Below are positions 22,450-34,084 of a stretch of 64,000 bases of DNA, piece by piece. Origin of the DNA: Eledone cirrhosa (Eukaryota); assembly GCA_964016885.1 (NCBI GenBank), contig OZ024741.1:102362001-102426000 (forward strand), in the 5' to 3' direction. The position numbers and the translations under genes are program-made. Position 1 is the first letter of the stretch. Every line of letters begins with the position of its first letter. The notes below the pieces were generated by a model. The model ran no database searches and was not told the DNA's origin. It worked only from the letters and a program-made list of their open reading frames with translations.

Positions 22450-25400
22450 GGGAAGAAGACGCACGTGGTGGATAGAGTGTTATGGAACGGTTCCCGTAAG
22501 CTTTTGATTTTTAACATAATTAAAACAATTGTGATATAACAATTCTTAGTACAAATGGGACATAAGGCACCAGTCTTCGCTCTCAGGAAATGAAGACCCA
22601 TAACACCCTGGCATATGGCTCAAATATTTAATTTTGTATTAGAAATTTTATATTCAAAAAAGAAAATGTTTATAAATGGAAGAAAACCCCGTCTGTCTAC
22701 ACTAAATAGAACAGCCAAATAACGGCAATTTCACCACCACAACCTAAATACACCACCTAAACACCCCCTCTGTGTATACTAAATACAACACCCAAATAAC
22801 GGCAATTTCACCACCACCAATCCCAGCATAATAATAATAATTATTATTATTGTATCTCAAGTTTTCTCAAAATGTTTAATTCAAATATTAAGGAAATATG
22901 TCAACATGTATATTAACCGCATATATATATACAAACAGGTCAAACAAACGCAGTACAGTAAAAGTTACAGTCTATTCAACAGAATTCAGTAGCTACAACG
23001 TCATCACTACAGTATCACTATCCCATCATCGCCGCCAGCCACCACTCCATCATTGCTACCACCACTATTCCCTCACTACGTTCTGTTATCTTAAGAAAGG
23101 GAAGGTAGCGGTAACACTAGACAAGGGAGAGGCTAAGGAAAGATATAAATAGACTGTCATAGTGACTCGGGAATAGCCGTGTCTCTAGGGGAAGACGACT
23201 CCTCTAGTCTTGGTTGACACTCGTCCTAGGAGTGGTAACACGAAATGATTACCCCTTGGCGGCTAAGGATAAAACGCAACAAAATAAAGCCAATGTCAAA
23301 TAATAAAATCTCATACCGGATCGGCCGTCACCCGGGTCAAAAAGGAGAAACCAGACTGGGGTCGAAAAATCAGCTAATGGTTCAAACCTTCCCATCAATC
23401 CGGAGCTGGAGACCTCCCATAACCGGAATACTCCTACTGTTGGCCCTCCATACTCACCACCAAGAAATCCAAAGAAAAAGAGAGAAAAATGGTCAAGGGA
23501 AGACAATAAAGAAGTCCTTGAGGATTTCTACACTGCCATGTACTACCCATCAAATAGATCGAATACAGAACAGACGTACATCAACTGCAAAAAGAAACAC
23601 CCCGAAAACAGAGACTATATTGACAGTAACAAACTAGCTAATATACGAAGAAATATTGTTAAGAAAAAGTTACTAACTGATATAGAAATTGATCAGATCA
23701 AGCAATTAGCACAAAGTCAGCGAAGGGAAATGAAACATGCGTCAGTGAAAACGAGGTAAATTGTAACACTTCAAATCCCAGGGCTGGGACGGAATCACTG
23801 ACAGCAGAACAAATTAAAGAAAGGATCGAAAAAGTGGAAGGAATGCATGCTCAAGATGAAACTCAAAATGAAAACAATGAGATCGTCAATGATAAAGAAA
23901 TGAATGAGAATGAACTTGTGAACTTGAAGAATGAAATTATGATCGAATGGATGAAAATGAAAGAATCTGACATGGGGCAACGAGACACCCTCCCTAAGAT
24001 CCAGAATTCCAAACAAAACCAAAGGATAATACACAAGACTAACATAACTCCCAAAAACATTATCATCACGAATAAACTAAACATTACTTCCATTTATTAT
24101 TACTTCCATTTATTATTATTATTGTATCTCAAGTTTTCTCAAAATGTTTAATTCAAATATTAAGGAAATATGTCAACATGTATATTAACCGCATATATAT
24201 ATACAAACAGGTCAAACAAACGCAGTACAGTAAAAGTCATCTCTATTATGCATCGGCTAAAGTCACCACTCAATTATGTGGAGTGAAAATGAAAAAACAA
24301 AGGAATTCCCACAAAAAACCTACTTGGCAAGAGAACATCAATCGCCAAATAAACCTTCTCCGATCTGACATAGAAATTTTAACAAACTATAAAGTAGGTG
24401 AACATGTTAAACAAACTAAACTAAGAAAATTGATAAGAAAATACAGTAGAAAATCAACAAGTGACATAGACATGCTGATAGAAACAATCAAGCAAAAAGT
24501 GTCGGCCAAAGCTGCTCGTATAAGGCGCTTTGAAAAACGATCTAGATTCTATAAGGACAATAATATGTTCAAAAACAACCAAAAAAACTTCTACAGAAAA
24601 AGGGGCAAGTCAACAATAACTGCTAAATCAATACCATCCAAGGAGGAAGTGCAAGAATTCTGGAAAAATATCTGGGCCGAAGAAAACGTTCATAATATAC
24701 ATGCCCCATGGATAGACAGACAAATGAAAGATACAGCTCACCTTGAGGAACACACATGGGAAAATATAACAGTTGAACATCTGCACTTACTTCTTAGAAA
24801 ATTCAGCAAATGGAAATCCCCAGAGAAAGACAAAATACCAAATTTTGGGATAAATTCCTTCACAGAGTCTCATGAGCTGTTAGCCCAACTTTACAATGAA
24901 ATGGTTGAGGAGCCAGAAAAGATACCATCGTGGCTAGTTAACGGCATTACATTCCTACTTCCGAAGAATGATGAGACAAACAATCCCAAAAATTACAGAC
25001 CGATAACTTGCTTGACCACAATGTATAAAATTTTAACATCAGTCCATACATATGACCACCTGATAACAAATGATCTATTTTCCAATGAGCAGAAAGGGTG
25101 TAAACGAGGCTCATATGGCTGTAAGGATCAGCTTTTGGTTAACAAAATGATACTGGAAGATTGTCATAATAGACACAAAAATCTATCAATTGCTTGGATA
25201 GATTACAAAAAAGCATTCGATAGTTTGCCACACAGTTGGATTGAAAAGTGTTTAGAGATTTTCAAAATATCTCCTGTTGCATGGAAAACGACACTCATTT
25301 TGGATAGTGAAAAGAAATCACTGGAAGCTGGAGAAGTTAATATTAAATGTGGAATTTTTCAGGGTGACTCTTTATCACCGCTTTTATTCTGCATCGCACT

Positions 25401-26600
25401 TAAACCATTAAGTAAAATGTTCATTGAAACAAAACATGGATATAAAGTCTATGACAAAACCATTAATCACTTGTTCTACATGGATGAGCTGAAACTATTT
25501 GCAAAAAATGATGAACAATTGCAAGGGCTATTATCCAGTGTGAAGCAGTTCAGTGATGATATTAAAATGGAGTTTGGACTAGATAAATGCGCCAAAACCA
25601 CGTTCACCAGAGGAAAGCTGCTGTGAAGTTCAGACATTAATTTGATCGGGGGAATGTGATAAGACAACTTGATCTAGAGGAAACTTACAAATATCTAGGT
25701 GTTTGTGAAGGAGACGGAATCAAGCACTCGACAATGAGGGAAAGGGTAAGGAAGGAATGTTACCGCAGAGTAAGAGCAATCTTAAGAACGGAATTGAATG
25801 CAAGGAATAGGATCGATGCCATAAAAACGCTTGCCATACCAGTAGTAACCTACAGTTACAATGTTATCAACTGGTCAAGTACAGAGATCCGTAGGCTCGA
25901 TACAAAAATTCGAAAATTATTAACTATGCACAGAATGCATCACCCTAAGGCAGATACAGATAGAATATATCTCCATAGGAAAGAAGGAGGACGTGGGTCA
26001 ATCCATTTAGATATTGCTTTGAAAATTGCAACATTTGGATTATCTACATATCTAAGGGAATCACATGATTGGATGATCAAACTCGTTTTGAAACATGAAA
26101 GCATCAAAAGATCAGCTTTTGGTTAACAAAAGATTACAAAAGATGCACATTACAAAAGATGCACAAAGATACAGTAATGAACTACAAATTTCAGAAGTTC
26201 CATTTACTGCTGAAATGAAAAACACAGAAAAAGCAAAGCAGGTAAAAGCAGGTAAAAGTAACTGCAAAGAAAGAACTGCTACAGAAGCTGGTTAAGAAAT
26301 GGCAAGAAAAGCCTCTGTATGGAAAATACCCAGAACGAGCTAACAATCCTGATGTTGACAAAACTTTAACCCATCAGTGGTTGGCATCCTCTGGACTGAA
26401 ATCGGAGACTGAAGGTCTGATTATATCAGCACAAGATCAGTGTCTGCCAACAAAATATTACCAAGCCAACATAATAAAAAATAGATGCAGCCCATTATGC
26501 CGTGTATGTAAAAAACAACCAGAGACCATTGATAATATAATTTCAATGTGCAGTCCTATAGCTCCAACCGAATACCTAAAAAGGCACGACAGGGCATCCC
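22450..26600 (+). mobile_element. Decayed R4/Dong-clade element, family B, lacking its 3' RLE end
   Basis: Leader homologous to 17371 onward. ORF pieces from about 23293: KWSREDN, NKLANIRRNI, NYRPITCL, WIDYKKAFD, GIFQGDSLSP, FYMDE, AQDQ, CRVC, RHD. Many frameshifts. Confidence 0.88.
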
Positions 26601-26619
26601 GTATGACTCTTTAGCAATT

Positions 26620-26770
26620 CCGCCAGTTCACCTCCACTTGATTGGTACTTGATTGATCGTTCACTAAAAATGCAAGGCTATGTTTATTGCGATGGGATTT
26701 GATCCCAGAGGGCTGTGAGCTGGAAAACTACAGAAGCATGAAATATGACACACTAACAACCCTGCCAATT
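26620..26770 (-). mobile_element. Highly degenerate SINE
   Basis: TTGGTACTTGATTGATCG...ATGCAAGGCTA...GGGATTTGATCCCAGA...CTAACAACCCTGCCAATTCGTCG parallels the SINE consensus. Confidence 0.5.
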
Positions 26771-26913
26771 CGTCGTAAATCATATGATATGACAAAATAT
26801 TACTATTCACAAATATCCAAATTTACATCGTCATCTCTGTTATAAATCATTGTATTTTATTTTATAATATTAACAAATTTAATTCATGAGATATTAAAAT
26901 GCTTGTTATCTAT

Positions 26914-27050
26914 GAACTCGGCTGGTCTCGCTTGAGGATGCAGCCAGTTCAATTGGAGACGGTTGCTTCTGACAGGACTCGATGGAAGGAGTATTTGAGG
27001 ACTCTGCCCCACCTCCGACCCTCGCAGGAATAAGTGAGCGAAGAAGAAGA
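26914..27050 (+). mobile_element. 3' fragment of an RTE-like LINE
   Basis: ELGWSRLRMQPVQLETVASDRTRWKEYLRTLPHLRPSQE* (A.DR..W terminus), very short UTR and (GAA)n tail. Confidence 0.6.
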
Positions 27051-27689
27051 TTATTAAAATACTAACTAGTAACATGAACATCATTGATGCCTTTGTTAAA
27101 AGCATTAATACTCTTTAGTTTATAAGCATATTATATTTGGTTGCTCACATTTTCTAATTAACCCGTAACTTACAATTTATCAATCAAAATATGTTTTCAA
27201 TTACACAATTATACAGCTACTGATATCGTTACCATGTGTACGTCAATGCATATATAATCAATTACACCCACATGTGAGCTTATATATCGATATTACAATG
27301 ACTACATCTTATATTATTCGGTCAGCAATAAAACTATTGTTTACAACAATAAATAGACTTCCAGAAAGATGTGGCCGATCATATTGAATATATCAGAATT
27401 TACTAAATATTTGTTTTAAGTTAATCCGTCAACTTTAATAATGGCAATGGTTAACCCAATCAGTTAGATAAAATCTAAAATGTGTTGTATATAGATTTAA
27501 TCAATACAATAAAGTAATTAGCACAGAGAAAACATAGGCAGGATATAATGTGATTTTAGCTTCTATATTTACAATAAAATTAGCAAAGGCAATGTTTGGT
27601 AACTTTTTAGTCTAGGCTTATAGAGAATATCAAAGAGTTAATCTAATGAATTTCCAACTGTCAGAGATATATATCAATCGAATTCGATA

Positions 27690-27820
27690 TCCGTGGCTGC
27701 GGGTTTAGTTCCACCACACAGCAGCTTCATGAAGTTTTTTCTACCAAAGTTGTGTGATTCTGGAAAATCATAATCCCGTGTAAAATTTAGTAGTGTAAAT
27801 GTGTACAGAAGCCTGTAGTA
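27690..27820 (+). mobile_element. Degenerate second-family tRNA-derived SINE
   Basis: GTGGCTGCGGGTTTAGTTCCACC (B-box-like)...CAAAGTTGTGTGA...AGAAGCCTGTAGTAT. Confidence 0.35.
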
Positions 27821-28610
27821 TGGATTGACTTTCCGATTGATATACCGATTCTGTCTCCCAATTTAACACCCACACTATGTAATAAGGTGATTTTAAGAGC
27901 CCGCCCTCATATAAGCATTCGGACTAGTTCTTCGGTTTGAGAAGAACTTGCCTTCTTTCAACTTGTCTCAAAGGCACAGAATTATTATGGACTTTGTAAT
28001 ATTTCCTCTCTAATTAAGCCAATTCTATCCAATACTTATGGGGTTATGCACGTTGAAAAAGCAGAGTAGGTGAACGACGTGGTGTGTGGGACAACCTTGT
28101 TGACTCTTGACGTTACCATTCGCTACTCCATGCATATATACACGCCTACACACATTTCTCTCTCATTCTTCTCTAGCTTTCCCATTACTTTGGAACATAT
28201 ACTTTACTTAGCCAGAATTAAAAATCATATATACTGTAGCATGACAGAATGTTGTTAAACATGAATCCGTGCATTGGAAATAATTTTAACAGACAAAGAA
28301 ATGTTTTCCATTGACTTCGCGGATTGGACAAATTAAGATCCATATCAAACAGAATTATTTTGTATTTTATTTCTTTTAACATTAAAACTATTCACATGGA
28401 TTTTAACCACTTGTAAAACTATTGTTTTTCTTTCATGTTAATTTGTGGTTCACTGTTTGCAAACATTTATATAGATATATGAATATATATATATATGTAT
28501 ATATTCACAGTTAATTACTCTTTTCTTACGTCTCTAGTCATACCTATGTATATATATATATACACACACGCACACAGACACAGACACACACACACACATC
28601 TCTCTCTCTC

Positions 28611-28675
<65 letters not shown>

Positions 28676-29332
28676 TGTGTATATATATATTCAGAAGCGT
28701 CTGTGAACGTGATACTAAACTTATGCAGTTGTTTGAATGCAGCTTCCTTAAAGCAAATCAACAACAAAAAATAGCTATAGCAATAAAGCGTTCTAACGTA
28801 GCATTGATTAAACTAAAATATTTCTGTCTTTAATCGTAATCAACTGTTGGCCATGATGAAAGATCCAAAACCCAACCAATTCAAAAGCAAAGTAACAGGA
28901 TCAAAATAATAAAATGGGGGAAATATATCAATCGCAATTCCTTCATCTACTTTTACATGTCCAATGTTAAAAGCTAACATAAAGTTGTTTTTTTACAATA
29001 TCGAGGGAGTTTCCTCCTCTCCTATTGTAATATTTCTTAATTGTGTTGATCACACATTCAGAGAAAGATGCCGCTCTTTTGAACATATGTGATTATTTAA
29101 CATATCATTGAGTTCAGTTCATTAACAGATGTAAAGTTGTTGATTTTCAAAAGAATCTATCTAACTTCTCTCAACAGTGATGTAAACAGCAAACACTATT
29201 ATAAACTAGTGGATCTCACACGAAGAAAGGTTTCACTGTGATTATATTTATGCAAGAAACTTTTTACAAAATGGTAAAAACTTTAATAAAAGTTTGCTTG
29301 TCTCTGCCTTTCTGATTATTTATCGAATGATC

Positions 29333-29539
29333 CGAGGTGCGAAGAGTTGTTAGAATGTCGGATAGAATGTTTCGCGGTATTCGTTTCAGCTCTCTGTGCT
29401 CTGAATTCAAATCTCAACGAGGAGAGGTTTATTTCGGAGTCGATAAAATGAAGTACCAATTAATTACTGGGTCGATGTAAACGAGCTTTTTACTTTCCCT
29501 AAATTGCTGGCCTTGTGCCAATCTTAGAAAGAAATATTA
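29333..29539 (+). mobile_element. tRNA-derived SINE
   Basis: CTCTGAATTCAAATC...GTCGATAAAATGAAGTACCA...TACTGGGTCGATGTAA...AAATTGCTGGCCTTGTGCCAATCTTAGAAAG. Confidence 0.8.
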
Positions 29540-29597
29540 AAAGACATCTTATTTCTTAAACCGCCCAGAAATACTACTACTACTACTACTCATAATA

Positions 29598-29790
29598 ATT
29601 GTTTCTACTTTTGGCACAAGGCCAGCAATTACCCAGTGTATTACTGGTACTTTATTTTATCGACCCCGTAAGGATGAAAGGCAAAGTTAACCTCGGCGGG
29701 ATTTGAACTCAGACCATAAAGGGTCGTAACTCTTTGCTGCAAAGCATGGCGCCCGACCCTCTACCAATACTGCCAATCCACCACCCTTCT
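29598..29790 (-). mobile_element. tRNA-derived SINE, internally deleted variant
   Basis: Closely matches 16604-16783. GGGATTTGAACTCAGA B box; (CTA)n/(AAT) tail. Confidence 0.88.
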
Positions 29791-29804
29791 AATACTATAA
29801 TAAT

Positions 29805-29995
29805 TATGACTTCTAATCTAGGCATAAGGCCAGTACTTTGTGGGAAGGGGAATGTCGATATATTTACTCAGGTACATTACTGGTACCCAATTTTATCGAT
29901 CCCGGAAGGATGAACGTTTGAGTTGACATCGGTGGCATTTGAATGACTCGAAGTATTTTGTCCGCCATTCTAACAGTTCAACCAATGCACTATCC
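29805..29995 (-). mobile_element. tRNA-derived SINE, diverged
   Basis: TTCTAATCTAGGCATAAGGCCAG...GTCGATA...ACTGGTAC...TTTTATCGATCCCGGAAGGATGAA...GGCATTTGAA. Confidence 0.75.
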
Positions 29996-30624
29996 TAACA
30001 AGGGCTAAGAACAAGAGCAATAATAATTTCTACTGTCGACACAAAGACAGATATTTTAGGGGAAGTTTCCTCTGTGCTAAGATGATATACTAGTCGACTT
30101 GTTATGCAATGCTATTTCTTCAGTAGTTCTTTCTTCGTCATTCCTGCTGTATTTTCTTCATATATATTTTTCTATTTCTATCCGGTATTTATAAAAATAT
30201 TAGATACATTAAACCCTCGCAATTTCATTTTTCTGGCAATTCATTTAAATGATGATATTTAAGAAATTAATTACTCTGTTTTGCTTAAATAAAGATATAT
30301 TGTTCTCTTATGAAATATTATTCAGAAAAGAGAAAAATAGAAAGAAATCTCCCCATAGTGTTTATTAACGTTTAGAATGGTTTCACATCGAAGTAATTTT
30401 TTTTTCTAAATGTTGCATCTATTAGAAACAGAAACATCAAATCATTAATAATTTCATTCTTTTTAATGTAACATTGACATCATCATTTTAAGGGAGAATA
30501 ACATAACAGATGGTATCTGTAAAAAACTATATTGAATAATAAACAATAGCGCACTAAATATATTCCAAAAGACAAAATGTCTCGAATTTATCTTCTCTCA
30601 TTTAACCTTCATGATAAATATATA

Positions 30625-30780
30625 ACAATTTCTAGCTTAGACACAAGTCTACATATTGCATGGGACGTGACAGGCAATTAAATCAGCAATAGTATTTAGT
30701 TACAGCTTATTTTATGGATCGACCCATGTGTAAAGAAAAGTCAGTTTACTTCGGTGAAAATTGAACTCAGCACGTGAAAT
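30625..30780 (-). mobile_element. Degenerate SINE
   Basis: TTTCTAGCTTAGACACAAGTC...TTATTTTATGGATCGACCC...TTCGGTGAAAATTGAACTCAG. Confidence 0.5.
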
Positions 30781-31719
30781 AACTTGATAGAGTATTATAT
30801 TAAATGTAGATGCAAAGTCACGTTTTGGGAGAAGTCTATAGAAATCATATGAATCAAAATATTTTCACTGCGGCTGATTTATTGATGTATATTCCATGAA
30901 GTACAATAGCTCTAAAGGTACCAATACGTTTTGATTTTAAGCACTTAATGCACTTATGATTACAAATATTTATTCATTCTTCTATAGCAGACTTAGCTAC
31001 ACACACACACACACACACAAATATATATATATATGTATGTGTGTGTGTGTTTGAGTGTGTGCATGTGTGTGTATACACATACACTTACGAAATACAATTA
31101 TATACATGTTATGCAATTCAAAGAAGCTCAAAATTAATAGAATCAAAATAACGATGTATGGAAATATCTTCCTATGAGATTAATCTCATTGTGTGTTTTA
31201 CATTCAGAAACACATATAGTAGACAAACATTTTATGAAGTTTTCTTTTTCAGCTATAGCAGTAATGTTTGTAATACACACATGTACACATGTTCATATTT
31301 GAATATCTTTTGTGATAACAATTGTCGTTATTTATAAGTGCCAATAGGAATAGGAGATCAATAGAGATATGAATGAGAAGACGGGAGGTGAAGGGTTGCT
31401 CAGCATTTATCAGTCATGTGTATCTACCTGATTTTTAAAGGCTTTTTAATAAAATACACACATGTAAGTAAATACAGAACACATAAATAACAATACACAA
31501 ATAACAAAGATGAAAAATTAAGACATTTTTATTCTTCTAACATATGTTTCTACAAAAATGGGTATGAAAAAAGTAAGAAAAAATGAATATAGATATATCA
31601 TGTAATTGTTATGATATAAGAATGCAATTTCATTTTTATTGGTTCCTTTAACGATTTATAACTTCCACAATGACTCAGGAATGAGCACAATATCTATTTA
31701 ATTCCTCGAGCCAATGCTC

Positions 31720-31960
31720 AGATTATAATCTTCTCACGAGTTGAGTATGTTGATCGTTGCAGCGATAATATTTAGCTTTTCTATTGCATACAAGCTGCAT
31801 CTTCGATCGTAGGCTTTTGCTTTAACTTCCACCCCACTTTTGATGGCGGGGTTTGTGATGTTAATGTCTTTCATTTACCATATATATTTCCAGGATGATG
31901 TTGAGTTTTTACACGTTTTCCATTCTTCACCAAAGACCTTAAAACAGTATCCAACTGACC
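31720..31960 (-). pseudogene. Penelope-like element remnant (C-terminal part of the GIY-YIG region)
   Basis: KNSTSSWKYIW*MKDINITNPAIK...KAKAYDRRCSLYAIEKLNII...ILNS parallels the PLE pattern ST.LSKYIW.LKD...AKAY...CNLCL.EK..I...LLN. Confidence 0.6.
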
Positions 31961-32267
31961 AGTAGATATAGTCGTTTGTTTTGTTTTGTTTTCTTTTTAT
32001 TTCTTTTATTTCTTGTCAATTTACCAGTCCTGAGTTCCTAAAATTCTACTTATGTGTACAACATTCTGAGAGCCTTCAGTCATTTCATAATTTTTGTAAA
32101 TATGTTTTATATTGCTATTCTAATTTTTACTGTATTCTTTTAATTTATTTTCCATTGAACTCTTCACATTCTAGTTTTCTAATTAATTCGTTCTATTTTA
32201 TTATTTTATACTTTTGTAATTTTATTATATTAATCGTAATCTTTTATTCTTTAGAGTGCTCAGTAAT

Positions 32268-32430
32268 AACTGTTTCTACTTTTGGCACAAGGCCAGCAAT
32301 TATCTCAGTGTATTACTGGTGCTTTATTTTATCGACCCCGTAAGGATGAAAGGCAAAGTTAATCTCGGCGGGATTTGAACTCAGATCATAAAGGGCCGTA
32401 ACTCTATGCGTCAAAGCATGGCGTCCGACC
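32268..32430 (-). mobile_element. tRNA-derived SINE, internally deleted variant
   Basis: Closely matches 29598-29760. Confidence 0.88.
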
Positions 32431-32835
32431 CAGTAATAACGTCCAATTGTTACTTCTTAATTTCTACAAGCCAACCATTCATTTTATAGCCCTCATTGTC
32501 TCTTCTTTCCTTCCCCGTCTTTTTCTGTATCCTCCCTTTCACTCCCTTCATACTTTTCTCTTTTTATCTTCTTTCTTTTCCTTTTCTTTACTTTCCTTTT
32601 CTTCCCTTTGCTTGTTTTATCTCCATTTGAGTATATCTCTCTATTACTATTTCTCCTTTACCAAAAGCCATCCCCAATTCCACCTTCTTTTACTACTGCC
32701 TCCAACCTACTTTTGCTTTTCTAAGCATATTGTCTCTCCATTCTCTGAAAAATTAGTCTTGTCTGATGACCTTGCCAGTACACGGAAAAACTTCAGGATA
32801 ACAAGACACAAGCTTTGCATTAATAAAGGATTCAT

Positions 32836-32916
32836 GCACACACACACACACACACACCCTCACACACACGCATATACATACACACACACACATACGCGCA
32901 CACACACACACACATA

Positions 32917-33003
<87 letters not shown>

Positions 33004-33377
33004 ACATATATATATACACGCACACAGATATATATATAAACATTTATATTTATAGAGATACACACGTACACACATACAAACACACGCATGCCCATACAAC
33101 AGCATAAACACATATTTAACCCAAATATATAAATAAACTTCACAATTTATCACGGTTAAAGAAATAAAATGGTTAATTAAATCATATTCCTATTCATGAG
33201 TTGCTCAGTCGATTTTCATATATATTTTTTTTTAAACAAAGAAAGGATTGCAACGGTTTTAAAAATAATCAACATCAAAACCATTTAATTGTACATGGAA
33301 TGATTTTCATTTAATTCATTGTTTTTCAGTTTTCAATATGATATAAATTAATATTGACATCTTTAAACGTTGTAGCT

Positions 33378-33473
<96 letters not shown>

Positions 33474-33479
33474 GTGTGT

Positions 33480-33510
<31 letters not shown>

Positions 33511-33589
33511 CATGTATGTGGTTGTATATAAAATAAAATTTGAAAGAGAAATAAGATTAATTATCATCATCATCGTCGTCGTCGCCGTC

Positions 33590-33665
<76 letters not shown>

Positions 33666-33747
33666 ATATGTGCACTAGTAGTAATATTGAAATGGTTATT
33701 CTGATGATTATTACACTTATTGTTATAGCTATAACTATTATTGCTCA

Positions 33748-33843
<96 letters not shown>

Positions 33844-33865
33844 GTTATTGTTGTGTTGCTGCTGA
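32836..33865. repeat. Compound microsatellite cluster: (CA)n, (TA)n, (TG)n, (ATT)n, (AGT)n, (CTA)n
   Basis: Directly visible. Similar (TA)n tracts occur throughout 175-4312 and 28480-28690. Confidence 0.95.
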
Positions 33866-34084
33866 TTCTGTATTATTGTTGTTAAATGTATAATTAACAA
33901 ATTGCTTTCACGGCATGGTGTCTAAAATTGAAAGAAAACGAAAGAAAAAAAATTTGAAAAATTCCGTCCCGGAATTTTTTAACTTTATTTATTCTCATGA
34001 GTAAATTAAAGATATTTTTCTTTTCGCTATTAACTTCCGTTGTTTGATAATGAAAATCAAAATAACAACAAACTCACTTAGGCA

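Noticed and set aside
27100-31700. Host exons in the AT-rich spacer
   Set aside because: No ORF or motif I can support. Small exons cannot be excluded without transcript data
32755-32800. CTGATGA...GGAAAAAC as a hammerhead
   Set aside because: No convincing stem I, II or III pairing
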